From Chiloscyllium plagiosum (taxonomy: Eukaryota): DNA of 64,000 bases. How positions within the stretch are numbered: position 1 is the first letter of the stretch; each line of letters starts with the position of its first letter. The DNA is taken from NCBI RefSeq assembly GCF_004010195.1, contig NC_057718.1, positions 39,041,143 to 39,105,142 on the forward strand. Reading direction: 5' to 3'. Below the pieces are notes generated by a model. It saw nothing but the letters and a program-made list of their open reading frames with translations. It was not told the origin of the DNA and ran no database searches. Made by a program: the position numbers and the translations under genes. Positions 1-13,550 of this stretch are shown piece by piece.

Positions 1-456
1 ATTTATACAAATTGTTTCTTAATTGTAAAACATAGGTAGGTACATTTTAAAAGAAAGTTTCACATGCAAATAAGTGTAAAGGACCACAAGTGTAAAATCA
101 TTTAGTAAAAAGAACAAAAATGAGAGAGCTGAGCTGGATAAGGAAGATGTTGGCTTTAAAAGGGTAAATAATGATTGAATAGGAAATACTCATTCAGAAT
201 GCATGTGGAATTGCTAGAGAGGACAATGGATGTGACAATTAAGTTGAAGAGAATAAAACAAAAATGTATCATTCAAAGGTGAAATAATTAAAAATATAGT
301 CTGAGATGTGTGCAGAATTAGATGACTAAGCATTTTGTATCCTTAGTTGGTTTATTACATATTCATCATTCTGTAATTTAAAGATATGGCAGTGGATTTA
401 AGTTTGGAAATGCTATGGGTGGAGAATAGTTGTGCTACTCGCCTAAATCCCTACTG

Positions 457-550
457 AGGGTTCTTGCAGTTCAGTGGTAGCATTTCTATATCTGGGTCAG
501 AAGACCCACCTGCTCCAGGGGTGTATCATAAAATTCTGAGCAAGTAGATT
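457..550 (+). mobile_element. Short tRNA-derived SINE remnant
   Basis: A-box-like gcagttcagtggtag followed by cccacctgctccagggg; related copies on the minus strand at ~6340-6420 and ~32850-32935. Confidence 0.45.
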
Positions 551-619
551 TTAAAAAGAAACACTGAGAAATCTTAAGGATAGTGCCTCATATCAGTTAG
601 CCCAGCAAATGGCAAGTAA

Positions 620-1328
620 CATTCATAATGTACAAGTGCTGGAAGATGACCATGTCCAACAAAAGAGAATCTAACCATCTTCCCTTGAAATCCATTGGCA
701 TTGCCATCACTGAATGCTTCATCATCAACACCCTGGGGATTACCATTAAACAGAAACTGGACCAGTCACATTGTGGCAACAAAAGCAGATCCAGTTCTGC
801 AGAAAATAATTCCATCTTTTCAAATCCTGTCCACCATCTACAAGGCTCAAGTCAGAATTGTAATGGAATAATTGCCACTGCCTGAATTAGTGCAGCTACA
901 ACAACACTTAAGAAGCTTGACACCATCTAGGAAAAAGCAGCCACTTGTTTGGCATTTCTTCTGCCACTGACACACAGTGGCAGCAATATATACTATCAAC
1001 AATCCTCTTCAGCCAGATTTTTTCATCAGCATTTTGCAAACCCCATCATCTCTACAATCTAAAAGGACAATGGTAGTGGATACATGTGAGCTTGCAGGTG
1101 GTGGTGTTTCCCTCCAAGCCACACACCATCCTCGCTTGGAACTATGTTATTGTTACTTCACTGACATAGGTTCGAATTTCTGGATCTCACTTCCTAACAG
1201 CAATGCAGCTGTACCAGATGGACAGTTGCAGTTCAAGAAGGTAGGTCACCACCACCTTGTCAAGGGTATTTAGGACAATCCATGATGGCCTTGCCAGCGA
1301 AGTGCACATCCCATGAAAAAATAAATTA
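620..1328 (+). mobile_element. Decayed 3' part of a CR1/L2-group LINE
   Basis: RT C-terminal remnants (ILGVTIDQKL-like at ~725-760; YKAQVR..MEY-like at ~838-870) and tail ggccttgccagcga..cacatcccatgaaaaaataaa. Confidence 0.7.
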
Positions 1329-1644
1329 CAAAAATGTTGATCCAACAAGCAGCTTGCTGATTTGGTATATAACATCATGCACTACCACCAAGAATGGGTG
1401 CATTGCCCAGCTGAAACTTCCAAGGACACCATATGTTCTATGTAGATAAGTACAACATAATCGGTTATACAGAATTGCAAACCACAATTGCAAATTTAAA
1501 TTTGATGAAATCTGAAATATTCCTTTGTTTTGACTAGTTATCGTAATTAAGTCCTTCAGATAACTATTCATTTGGTTGTTGACCAGAACGGAAAAAAAAG
1601 CTGGAGAGCATTGATTGAATACAAATATAGTACTAGTGAAATGA

Positions 1645-3135
1645 AACTAAGAATTGTGGATGCTAGAAATCTGAAAGAGAAACATAAATTACTTGAGAAC
1701 CTCAGCAGGTCTGGCAGCATCTTTGGAGAGAAAGCAGAGTTAATCCTTCTCCATAACTGATGACAATGGAGGGGGGAGGCATCCATTGGAGGTGATGGAA
1801 GTGGTGACTTATGATCTTTTAGATGTAGATGTTGTGGGGTATTGTGGGAGGGGAGAGTAATGGTGAGTGCAGATGAGCCCTCTTTGGAAATGTTCACCCT
1901 GCTGTCACCTAATTTGGTTCAACTCTGACTCCTGCTTTTCTTCCTCAACGTTTACCTGGACAATGCATCCTCATATCCTCCATTACATTTTCCCAGTTTT
2001 TCCATCTCTGTCACATCTGTTCTGAGGATGCCAACTTCCATGGGGTGGGGCCGCAGAATTGTCCACTTTTTCCTCAAGTGAGGATTCCCTGCCACCGTGT
2101 TGACAGGGCCCTTAGCTGTGTTCAACTCTTTCCCACACTTCTGCCCTCTCCTCTTCTCTCCTCTTCCAAAACACAAATAACGTCCCCTGGTCCTTAACTT
2201 TTCACCTCACCAATAACCATGTCCAAGGATTATTAGTCACCATTTCCACTACCTCCAATAAAATGCCACCACTAGACACCTAGCCTCTTTCCCTCCCTTG
2301 TCAGCATTTCACAAGGATTGTTCCCACTAGGGGATGCCCTGGTCCACTCCTCCTGCACTCCCAACACCTCCCCACATCCCGTGGCATCTTCCCATGCAAT
2401 TCCAGGAGGTGTAAGACCTGCCCATTTATTTCACCCCTCCTTCCTCACTATTCAAGGCCCCAGACATAACTTATAGGTGAAACAGCGATTTGCCTGCACT
2501 TCAATCAGTCTTGTTTACTGTACTTGCTGCTCTCAATATGGTCCCCATGACACTAGAGAAATGAAATGGAGTGGCCAACAGCTTTGTGGAACACCTATAG
2601 TCAGTCTATAAAAATGACCCTGATCTCCCAGTTGCATGTTACTTCAACACTTCACCATGTTCCCTGGACTTGGCCTTGCTACAATCCTCCAGTGAGGCTC
2701 AGTGCTAGCTGAAAGAACAGCATCTCATTTTTTGCTTGGAGACCTTGCAGCCTTTAGGCTCAATATAATGTTAAAAAATAATTAGAACGTAAGCACCTTC
2801 TTCATGTCCTTAACCTTTAACATCACCCTGAACCCATCACCACCACCATCCAGGCCTTGTCATCACGTGGCTGCTTTAAGCATGGCCAACCCATTTTCAC
2901 CTACTAATGATCCCTACTATCAGAGTTTCTTTCTCTGGGGTATACTATTATCCATCCCTTTGTCTGTCTCGCTGTCTTTGTCTTTCTCTGCCTATCCTTT
3001 CACTCTCCACCTTCACACACATCCCCCGGTCTTCAGTTCTGAAAAAGGGTCACTGGGACTCGAAATATTAAGTCTGCTTACTCTCCATGGATGCTGCCAG
3101 ACCAGCTGAGTGTCTCCAGCAATTTCAGTTTTTAT
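1645..3135. mobile_element. Penelope-like element with inverted arrangement (GIY-YIG remnant)
   Basis: Terminal segment at 1645-1742 (ctcagcaggtctggcagcatc) is the reverse complement of 3060-3130 (gatgctgccagaccagctgag); FACTSISLVYCTCCSQYG GIY-YIG remnant at ~2490-2545; decayed hammerhead core at ~3038-3066. Confidence 0.8.
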
Positions 3136-3468
3136 ATCCTGCTAATGACGTGGTTTGCTAGAGCAGTGCTGGAATACCAAGGTTTGGATTCCCTCTTCTT
3201 CATGCAAAGTTGTTCATTTTGATCCAACAGGCCTTTGGTCACAGGATCAAACTGAAACAAGAAAGGGAAGATTTTAGGGATCCATTGAGAATGCTATCCC
3301 CTGGAAGTTGGTTATGAAACAGTGTCAGCCAAATATTTTAAGTGTACAGTTTATACAAAATACATAAGTGATTTGGGGGAAGCAAAGGAAGAAAATAAGC
3401 ATTAAATGTTTTTTTAAAAGTCACTGATTATTACCCTATGCATTATATCTCCTTTTCTTCATTTCCAG

Positions 3469-3643
3469 GAACAGTCCTTGTCAGTCAGAATGCAGCGTCG
3501 GGCTCATGCTGCTTTAGCGAGTGTTGCCACAACTCTGCTCATTTTATCCAACCTGGTGTTTCTCTGTGGGAATCGAGTAGGATACATCTATTGGAACAGA
3601 ATGATTTTACAAGGTAGTGTTTCCCCTTTACTTTGGTATTCAG
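3469..3643 (+). other. Candidate exon of unidentified gene
   Basis: Polypyrimidine tract plus ccag acceptor at 3467-68; two open frames; CpGs retained; donors AAG|gtagtg (3613) or CAG|gtgaat (3643); no recognised homology. Confidence 0.3.
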
Positions 3644-3930
3644 GTGAATGTTCTGGTGAGTGTAAGACAAAAAGCTTAAAAAAAAAGAGTATCTTTACTC
3701 ATCAATACTGAACTATGATTAGTGGATTTTAAAACACATCAATATCAAACAATGCACACTGAAACTCCAACCAGGCAAGCAGGATTGGACATGACCAACA
3801 AGTCAGCAACAGAATGATTCCTCCAATCTAGAAACAGTGCACCAACCTCAGAAAGACACGCTAGTTGAGTAATATAACACTTTCAGATGTCAAGCCTGTT
3901 ATTCCGACTTTCCAAGCTATCACCTGCACA

Positions 3931-3990
3931 CCCCTCTCCTCCTCTCCTCCTCTGCCCCTCTCTCCCTCTGCCCCACTCTCCCTCTCTCTC
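3931..3990. repeat. CT-rich low-complexity tract
   Basis: cctct/cctcc reiterations. Confidence 0.85.
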
Positions 3991-5039
3991 AGTATCCCAT
4001 GACTCCATCTGAACAGCCAATGTGCACACTCACTCATTCATGCCTCACAATCACCTTCCACAACTTCTGCCATTCTCTTCTTTTCCTATAAACTAAACAT
4101 TCACCTCTCCTCTTTCTTAACAAGCAGAAGAAAGCACACAACTAGTCAGGAGGCAGACATTAAGATGGTAGTCTTACCAGTGACAGGTAATTTGTCTGCT
4201 CCTGTAGTTATTGACCCCTCTGTTAATGGAAATTAGTCCTCTGTTTACACAGTACCTAGGTCATAATTTTCTATACCTCAATTGAATCTCCTCTTTTTCC
4301 CCCTCTGTTCTAAAACTAATCCAATTTTCCCTCATGTCTAATTCTTAATTCCTCACTAAATCCTTTGTGCCCAACATAATGTGATTACATCATTCCTAAA
4401 TGCAGTGACCCAAATTTTATACGGATCTCTAGCTATGGTCTCTCGAGCATTTTATACCTAGAGTGATGTCTTCTACCTCCACACACACGCACAATTGCCT
4501 TTTTGCTCTAATTAGCTGTTTTCTTTCTTCAGTTATCTTCTTGTTGTTCTTATATTTATAAAGTTTCTGAGTTTCCTTAATTGCTTGCCAGTATTTTTCT
4601 ATCTTCTCTACTTTCCTAATTTGATGCAAATACTGTGTGAAAAGGCACCCCATGTCATTTTGAAATGACAGAAACGCAGCGAGTCTCCAAAAATGGCACT
4701 GCTAAAAGCCTGTCAGAAACGCTGTGAGATCCAGGACTCAGTGGCCTAAATCATATCTCGTACTTAGTATGATTAAAGGGGCTCAGATAATGAGGCCTTG
4801 GAAGAAGGCTGCAGTAGTGAAGGCCTGAGCTTCAGCATTTTTTAATGGCCTCCCATGCGCCATCAGGACCCTGGCTGAGGAGGTGGCAAACAGGAGCAAC
4901 AGATTGAGGGATGGGATGTGGAGTAACAGGTGTAACTGTGTAGCCTGGCTCCTAGACTCAGCCTTCTGGCTCGAGGAAGGTCTCCTCCTTGGGCAGTGCA
5001 GCAGCTGGAGAGGGCTGGGAGGCTACAGTTACATCATTT

Positions 5040-5180
5040 CTAAAGCATTCGGACAGCTACATGAATAGGAAAGATTTAGAGGGATATGGGCCAAATGCAG
5101 GCAAATGGGACTAGTTTAGTTTGGGAAACCTGGTTGGTGTGGACGGAATGGACCAAAGGGTCTGTGCTGTATGAATGTAA
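5040..5180 (+). mobile_element. CR1 (HER1-like) LINE 3' tail
   Basis: atgaatagga..ttagagggatatgggccaaatgcaggcaaatgggactag..gaccaaagggtctgt matches the tail at 43930-44060. Confidence 0.85.
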
Positions 5181-6339
5181 GAGAGGGCTGGACAGCACGG
5201 TGCAGGAGGTGGTGATGACCTTTGCACATGCACAAATGCTTCCTTTGGCCTGTCATGCCCAGCTGATGTCATAAACCATAATTACACATGCCTGGGGCCA
5301 TTTTGGCATAATGGATAATCAGTCCATTCCTGATATTGTTTTTAATTTCATATTTGAACTTTTCATATTCTTCTAGGCTTTCTGCTTTTTTGATATCTAA
5401 CAAAGTTTACTTTTTTGTTTTTTACCAACTCTCTGTACTTTCTGACATCCAGTATGGCTGGGAGCAGTTTGCTCTTAACCCTCTTCAGCTTCTCCTTGAT
5501 GTTGATTTACCTTCAAATAGCTGCTTCCAATCTATTTTTCTAAACCACAACTCAGCTTCATAAAATTAACTTTCTCCTAAATTTGAAATGTCGCTGTTGG
5601 ACCTTCTTTATCCTTCTCCAAAACTATTTGAAATCTAGACGCATTAGGATTATGACTAAGTTGTTCTCCCACTGATACCCTTTCCACCTGCTAAGCTTCA
5701 CTCCTGAAATCTAAGTTCGAAATGGTCCTATCTCATTTTGAGCTTGCAATGTTGTTGGCTCTTAAGTTATTTGCAGATTTCAGTGCCTTCTGTACCTTTT
5801 ACACTGAATTTATCATAGCTAATATTCAGGTAGTTGAAATTCCCTCCACTACTTTATCTATTTCAGTGGCATTTTTACTGCGTACCTCCATAAATGAATG
5901 GCAATTCATTAATAAAGTTCATCTGAGCTCAAGAGATGAGCATCTTTCATCTTATCAAAGGCCTTCTCCACAGGAATTCAGTGAATAAGTATGATGAGCA
6001 CCTCTCACATCAATGACAATTCCAGTTATTCGGCAATGTTCTGTATGCTGGGACAGTTTAATTAGTTGGTTAATGTATTTGTTTCAGGGAGGAAACCTGC
6101 ATGTTCTTCAACAGGCTGCTTTCAGAAATGGACAGAGCAGCTATTTCAATGAGGTGTTCAAATGATTTGAAGCAAATGAGAAGTTAATCTGAATATTTGG
6201 GGAATTTTAAGCACTTAACCATGTTTTAAAATGATTACGATGCCATATTTTGGGGATCTTGTGAAAGTTGAACAAATCAAGCAGCCAATGAATTGAGTCC
6301 AAGGTATTTTAGTTATTTTAGTCAACTTAATTGGATATG

Positions 6340-6420
6340 TTATGATACACGTGCAGGTCAGGTGAGACTTGAACCTGGACTCCAGGCTCAGAGACACTAC
6401 CACTGCACCACAAAAGCCTT
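6340..6420 (-). mobile_element. Short tRNA-derived SINE remnant
   Basis: Reverse-strand B-box (gacttgaacc) and A-box (taccactgcacca). Confidence 0.55.
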
Positions 6421-7149
6421 TTCAAAAGTATTCTGTTCAAATCGGATGATATTGAAATCAGCTGCTTTATTGCTTTTTTAAAATCCTGATACCATTTTCA
6501 AGTTTGGACATGTCAAGCAATCTAATAAACCCAGGTCAGATCATACTAAAGTAAAATGGTTCAATTTTTTGGTCCTTGTATCACTATGGTTAGAATTTTT
6601 TCTAGTTCCAGGCGAAGCTAGTGAACAACTTCAATCTGCTGTAACAACTGTCGTGTTCACTTTAATGGAGTTATTGGTGAGCTTGCATGTGGTCCTTCAA
6701 GCTTTTCTGCTGCTGAGAGTCATTTCAATTCATTGAATCAGCTACTGTCAAGTTTTATGTCGTTCATCTGCTGTTGCAGTAATGAGTTTGCAACCTGTTG
6801 TTAATGTATCGACCGGAAAAGGGTTTGCCTGGGAGATTTCTATTTAATTTTCATGCAGCTAACTCAGTTAGCTCTGAGATACAGCTTGTATCCATCCATG
6901 TGGCATGTTCCTTCAATAATCTCTTACCAATCTCACAAAGTGATTATAGCTCTCAGGTATTGCAGTTATAATTTTAATGGTATCTTTGAGGGGTAGAAAG
7001 GTTTCCCAGCCACCAGGTTCAGAAGTTTATATTATATCAGGGGACAATATCCCAACTCTGATTTACCTGAATTGATCAGTTAACGACCACGGGTGGGATT
7101 GCCATCCAGTTATGAACACAATCAGCTTTCAAAGTTGGAAGGCCAGTGG

Positions 7150-9020
7150 GAAATTCAGGAACACAGGAAAAGCAGCAGAATGCTCTTCTACATACGTGCC
7201 CCAAGGTGGAAGCACCCAGCCTCTACAATTTTCCAGGAGTTACGAGGTTCTTGCAGATGAGAATGGGCACTGAAGGGAGGATGAGTAAACCAACTAAGGC
7301 ATCTTAGTACAGGGAACCATCAAGTGAGGAAAGGAAATAGGACTGTAGTTGTGGTAAGGGACAATATATTTAGGGGGATAGATACTATTCTCAGCAGCCA
7401 TGAGCAGCAGTCCCGAACATTGTGTTATCTGCCTAGTACCGGAATAAAGGATACCTCTTTGAGGCTGAAGAAGAATATAGAAAGGAAGGGGAGAGATCCT
7501 GAAGTCCTTATCCACATTGGCACCAATGACATTGATAGGAGAGAAAATATAGGGAGAGAGAGGAAATGTAGGCTTACAAAGCAAGAGGGTATGGCAGAAT
7601 TACAGCATAGCTACCTGAATAATGATACCCAGAGTGGGACGGGAAGGGACAGAGTATATAAGCATAGAAAAGCAGCAATGAATAGGATCAAACGGGCAAA
7701 ATAATGGTAAAAAGGCAAAATTAATGACTCCTCATTTGAATACATGTGGTATTTGGAACAAAATTAATGAATTAACAACACTAATATAGAAGATGGATAT
7801 GATCTTACAGCCATTACAGGGACATGACTACATGGAGATAAAAGCTGGGAACTAAAGCAATATCAAACTTGACAACATAAGTTTATTTAAACGTAAAAAG
7901 GAAGAGAGAAGCCGACGTGCAGGTAGGCCCCTTTGAGAACGATGTGGGGATGCCAGTGTTAGACTGAGGTGGACAAAGTCAGAAGTCACACGACACCAGG
8001 TTTATTTGAAATCACATGCTTTCAGAGCACTGTTCCTTCATCAGGTGACTTCACCTAATGAAGGAGCAATGCTGTGAAAGCTTGTGATTTCAAATAAACC
8101 TGTTGGACTATAACCTGCTGTTGTATGACTTGCCCTTTTGGGAACAATGCTGGAGCAATAATAATGGGAAAATAGGAAATGGCAATGGAGTATAGCATCC
8201 TAAAGTATCCCAAAATTGCTAAGTGTATAAGGGACAAAAGGAGGCGAGGAAATAAATACCCACTAGAAAAGTGCTAGGAAAACTAATGGAGCTAAAGACC
8301 AATAAATCTTCTGGACCTGATGGATGTATCCTTGGGTGTTAATCAAAGTAGCTACAGATATAAAGGAGGCACTGATAATAATCTTGCAGGAATCCTTAGT
8401 TTCTGTACAAGACCCAGAGGATTGGAAAACTGCCAATTCAACACCTTTATTTGAAAAGGGAAAGTTACAAAAAAAACTACTAACTGTAGGCCAGTTAGCT
8501 TAACTTCTGTTATTGAGAAAATGGTAGTCTGGTACAAAGGATGTAATATCACAATATTTAGAAATGCAGAGTCAGCATGGCTTCATGAAGGGGACATCAT
8601 GTCTGACAAATGTGCTAGAATTCTTTGAGGAAGTGACAATCTGGATAGCTTAAAAGAGAAGCACTGGATGTAATATATTTCCACTTTTGGAAAATGTTTG
8701 ATAATGTATCATATGTTAGGCTGCTTAATAAGTTAAGAATCCATGGTATTGAAGATAGTATATTAGCATGGATAGCATTGGCTAACTAATAGAAGAGAGT
8801 GAATTGGGATGAGGGGGCATTTTCAGGATGCAATCTTAACTCGTGCTATTCCACAGGGATCAGTACTGGAGGATATATGTATATAGATGAGGAAAGTGAA
8901 TATACTATAACCATGTTTGTAGATGACAGGAAAATATGTGGGAAGGCAATTGGTGAGGATGACATAGATTCTACAGAGGGATAAAGACAAGTTAAAGGAG
9001 TGGATGAAAAATTGACAGAT
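7150..9020 (+). mobile_element. Degraded CR1 LINE with ORF1 (SGNH/GDSL esterase) and ORF2 (endonuclease, RT) fragments
   Basis: ORF 7324-7704 VVVRDNIFRGID..LCYLPS..IHIGTNDI is CR1 ORF1 esterase-like; downstream remnants YDLTAITGT, EDWKTAN, RPVSLTSVI, QHGFMKG..CLTN.LEFFEEVT, PQGSVL, FVDD; many stops, frameshifts and internal deletions. Confidence 0.9.
7942..8132. mobile_element. Fold-back non-autonomous PLE copy inserted in CR1
   Basis: Inverted arms aggtttatttgaaatcac..tcatcaggtga / tcacctaatga..gtgatttcaaataaacct; decayed duplication gcccctttgagaacgatg / gcccttttgggaacaatg. Confidence 0.8.
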
Positions 9021-9021
9021 G

Positions 9022-10042
9022 AAGATGAAGGGCTTTTGCCCAAAACATTAATTCTCCTGCTCTTCAGATGCTGCTTGATCTGCTGTGGTTTTCTAGCACC
9101 ACACACTCGATGAAATACCGGCACCATTCCCCACCTTTTCTTCTGCTACATCGATGATTGTATCGGTGCCACCTCGCGCTCCCATGAGGAGGTTGAACAG
9201 TTCACCAACTTCACCAACACCTTCCATCCTAACCTCAAGTTCACTTGGACCATCTTGGACACCTCCCTCCCCTTCCTGGACCTCTCCATCTCCATTTCTG
9301 GCGACCGACTCAACACTGACATCTACTACAAACCCACCAACTCCCACAGCTACCTGGACTACACCTCCTCCTATAGAAATGCTATCCCTTATTTCCAATT
9401 CCTCCACCTCTGATGCGTCTGCTCCCAGGAGGACCAATTCCACCATAGAACATCCCAGGTGGCCTTCTCCTTCAAAGACCGCAATTTCCCCTCCTGCATG
9501 GTTGACAATGCCGCCCAGCGCATCTCCTCCACTTCCCGCACCTTTGCCCTGAGCGCCACCTCTCCAATCGCAACAAGGCCAGAACCCTCCTGGTCCTTAC
9601 ATTCCACCCCACCAATCTCCGGATACATCGCATCATTCTCCACCTTTTCTGCCACCAATAAACATACCTCCATCACCAGGGATATATTTCCCTCCCCACC
9701 TCTATCTGTGTTCCGGAGAGACCATTCCATCTGTGACTCCCTTTTATGTCCCCATTACCCATCAAACCACTCTCCACACCCGCAAGAAGTGCAAAACCTG
9801 TGCCCATACCTCCCACCTTACCTGTGTCCAAGGCCTCAAAGGATCCTTCCACATCTGACAGAGATTTACCTGTACTTCCACACACGTCATGTACTGTGTC
9901 CATTGCTCCCGATGTGGTCTCCTCTACATTGAGGAGTCAGAACACCAACTTGCAGAATATTTCAGAGAACACCTGTGGGTCACACCTACTAAACAACCCC
10001 ACTGCTTGGTGGCCAAGCACATTAACACCCCCTTCCACTCAG
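9022..10042 (+). mobile_element. Penelope-like element: pseudo-LTR plus RT C-terminus and GIY-YIG endonuclease (pseudogenised)
   Basis: FFCYIDDCIG (YIDD at 9147-9158), LPFLDLSI, DIYYKPTNSHSYLDY, MYCVHCSRCGLLYIEES; frameshifted. Confidence 0.92.
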
Positions 10043-10044
10043 TC

Positions 10045-10710
10045 AAGGAGTACAGCACGGAAACAGGCCCTTCTCTCCAACTGTCCATGCTGACCGGATA
10101 TCCTCACCTAATCTAGTCCCACTTGCCAGCACCTGCCCCATATCCCTCTAAACCCTTTCTGTTTATATACACATCCATCTGCCTTTTAAATGTTATAATT
10201 GTACCAGCTGCAAACCACTTCCTCTAGCAGCTCATTCTATACACGCACCACCCTCTGGGTGAAAACGTTGCCCCTTAGGTCAGTTTTAAATTTTTCCGCT
10301 CTCACCCTAAACCTATGCTCTGTAGTTCTGGACTCCCCCACCCCAGGGAAAAGACCTTGTCTATTTACCCTATTCATGCCCCTCATGATTTTTTAGACCT
10401 CCATAAGATCACCCCTCTGCCTCCGCCTCTCCAACTTATTCAGCCTCTCCTTATAGCTCAAATCCTCCAACCCTAGCAACATCCTTTTAAGTCTTTTCTG
10501 AATCCTTTCAAGTTTCACAACATCCTTCCAATAGGAGGGAGACCAGAATTACACACAATATTCCAAACGTGGCCTAACCAAGGTCTTGTACAGCCACAAC
10601 ATGACCTCCCAACTCTTGTACTCAGTGCTCTGACCAATGAAGCAAACGCTTTCTTCACTATCCTATCTACCTGAGAGTCCACTTTCAAGGAGCTAGGAGC
10701 CTGCATTCAA
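10045..10710 (-). mobile_element. CR1 (HER1-like) LINE 3' portion
   Basis: ORF 10515-10706 SSLKVDSQVDRIVKKAF matches 43357-43752; tail is the reverse complement of the 43930-44060 type. Confidence 0.92.
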
Positions 10711-11035
10711 TCGACTAGCCTTTCACCAACACTTCCTGCCTCTGAAAAATTACCTCAGAGCAGGATGGTGACAGGAAACATACTGGTGGCATCATTTTAT
10801 ATGCACACTGGCCTTCCTACTGACTTCTATCCCTACCCAAAAATTCTGCCCTGTGTGACAGAGAAATCTTCCCAAAATTATATAAAACAGAGTAGTCAGC
10901 ACCTTAGCCTTCATTCCAGTATATTGTCATATACAAAGTCACATGGATAGCAATTCTCTTACATTCTTGTTATTGTAATGCAAACATTGGCAACTAGAGG
11001 TTGAATTCTCATGTCTAGTGACCACAATGAATGTA

Positions 11036-11707
11036 CCGTAGTCCCCCACACCCCAGGGAATACATTCCAGGACCTACAGCAGAAAACCGAACCGCTCATA
11101 GGAGCGAACCCATGCATTTACAGAACCATCTTGATTATCCAAACGAGACGGGGTGGGGGGGGGGGGGTATTTTGTTTGGATAATCCCAGCATTAAACAAG
11201 GTCCTGAACAGCTTCTACAATCACAAGAGCATTTGGCAGTTTCCGCTGAACTCTGTTACGATAGATAAACAGAAGCACATGTGCTTACTTTCTCTGTCAT
11301 TTTTTGTTTTCATGAATAGCCTGGTAAATTGATAGGAAAAAAGCACTTAATTTTGCAAAGGGCTGTGTAACCCTTACGTAAAAATTATCCAGTCACTGTT
11401 GCTTGGGGTGCTTGTATTTCTTTGTTTTTGCCAGTGTTTTCACATTTTCTTCAGCACAGGTAGTTCAAATTCAGTTGCCTCTTTGATATAACGGTTTTAC
11501 GGGACATTGAGATCTTGTTCAAGTAATCGGAAATTTGGATCATTGATTTTTGAATAACTGAGGTTGTTCTATAAATGGGAAATGTACCTTCCCAGTTGCC
11601 TCCTGTTCCCTGGTTCTGAAATGTTCCATTTTATATGTTTGGGCAATGGGAAACCACGGGTAACTGAAACCACGGAAAATGATTCCGTAGATATGGGGAT
11701 TGCCCTG
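11036..11707. mobile_element. Tc1/mariner (Tigger/MER44-like) MITE
   Basis: TA-flanked; left end ccgtagtccccc..gggaatacattccaggacc and right end ggtaactgaaaccacggaaa..gatatggggattgccctg resemble Tigger7/MER44 termini. Confidence 0.7.
11121..11571. mobile_element. Second Tigger-like MITE nested in the first
   Basis: Imperfect ~24-bp TIRs cagaaccatcttgattatccaaac / tttgaataactgaggttgttcta; TA on both sides. Confidence 0.7.
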
Positions 11708-12699
11708 TATTCGATTTTGTGGGCTTTAAGTGACAACTAACATACTTCTATCACTAGCTTCAACAACTTCATTTGTCTTGGGGGGAATTAAATCTTTATA
11801 TCAACTGGATAAATCTGATCGGCAAATGTAGCTTGTAGCTGATGAAGTGCATCTGAGTGTTTCATAGGACAATTTTATGGAAGCAAGCAGGGATCCTGTT
11901 ATTTTAGTTCGTGTTCTGATGGGATTAATTAAAGAATTGCTAATAGGGCACTTAGAAAGTCATAGAATTATAGTGACTGTACTAAATTACATGGGGACAA
12001 TTGTGTTTGAGGCTAATATCAGCAAAAAGGATTGATGAAGTGAACCTACCCAAGGTTTCCCAGACGTTTCCAGTAGAAACCAACATATACACTACGCTGG
12101 CAGATCTGACATACAACACAGGAGTCAATAAGGTGAGAGTGAATGCTGACTGTTTGATGAGACTATGCGGAGGTACCTGGAGGCAGGGAAATAAGTGGAA
12201 CTGTTATGTGTGTTGATCTGAGCATTGTTGTGTAAGAGGATGCTAAGAAAGTCAAACTGTGGTGGATGGTACCTGAGAGTAGGATGCTACTAACCTTTTC
12301 AGCTCTTGGAGCATTGCCTTGTGATCTGGAAAACCATATACCTCAACCACTTCCATCTGTGTCTGCTTGGTTTGACAGGCTGGCTGTTTCCTCCTGAATA
12401 CAGAAAACACTACTCTATTCAGGCAGAGGATTTGAAGGATTGAAGTAGAATATAAGATGAGGGGATAGGCTAGATGGATGGCTAGCATTTCCACATTTCC
12501 TTTCCATTATTCTGATTGCTGAAGCTTCAAACAATGTGGAATTCAGTGACTCTGACCATAACTGGGATCTCCAAGTAGAAATCCTTATCTGTCAGAGTCT
12601 GAACTGTCAATAGATCAGGAAGAATGCTGATCATCTGGCTCAGTTAAAGAGCAGTGACAGTGCCTGCTGTGTTTCTAAAAAAAGAGGTCAGTGAGCAAC

Positions 12700-13330
12700 C
12701 CTCTCACTGCCCTGAATGCTTTTGAGAAGATAGTGCTGAACTGCCTTTTGTGGTGTAGGTACCAAGATTTTGGCCCAGCGACAATGAGGGGACAGCAGCC
12801 TAATTCCAAGTTACATTGATGAGTTTCACTTGGATGAAGACCTGCAAGTGATAGTACTTCTGTGTACCAGCTGATTTGTTCTAAGTGGTAGAGGTTGTCG
12901 GTTTGGAAGTTTCAGTTGAAGGCATCTTAGTGAGTTACTGCACTGCATCTTTCAGATCTTACACATGGATCTCATTGTGTTGGTGGAGCTGCTACTGTAT
13001 TGGTGGTGAGAGTTAAATGTTTAAGGCAGCGATTAGAGTGCCAGAAAAGTGGGTGGCTTTCTCCTAGGTTATGTTGAGCTTTATCAGTGTTGTTGCAGTT
13101 GTGCTCATCCAGGTAAGTGGGGGAGGGGTGGTCTTTCATGCTCCTGACTTTTTCCTTGTTGATGGTGGGCAAGCTTCAAGGAGCCAGGAAATCAGCTATT
13201 GTCTGTAAAATTCAAGCCTTTTGTTATTATAGATATAGTATTTATATGGCTTGCCAAGTTCAATTTTTTTGTTAATGGTAAACCACAGAATGCTGATGAT
13301 AGGGGATTCAGAGATGCTAATGCTGTTGAA
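12700..13330 (-). mobile_element. Decayed CR1/L2-group LINE 3' part
   Basis: Reverse-complement similarity to 620-1328 (gagaagatagtgctgaactgcc, aatgctgatgataggggattcagagatg). Confidence 0.65.
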
Positions 13331-13364
13331 TATACACTGCAGGTTCATAAAATTGATTCTTGGG

Positions 13365-13550
13365 ACATTTCATAAGGAGCGATTGAATAGAGCGAGGCTT
13401 TTCTGGCTTGAGTTTCAAAGGATGGAAGATGACAACACTGAAAGATAAGAATCTGAGAGGGTTTGACAAAGTAGGGGCTGAGTAGCTGTTTCTCCTTGTT
13501 GAGAAATCTAAAAATAGAAAACATGGTCTTGGGTTAAAGGCCACCCTTAG
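13365..13550 (+). mobile_element. CR1 3' fragment
   Basis: ERLNRARLFWLEFQRMEDD resembles CR1 ORF2 ERL..LGLFSLE.RR.RGD. Confidence 0.7.

Noticed and set aside
9093..9932. Overlapping Pro/Ser/Thr-rich and Val/Gly-rich ORFs
   Set aside because: Alternative frames and antisense shadows of the C-rich Penelope ORF
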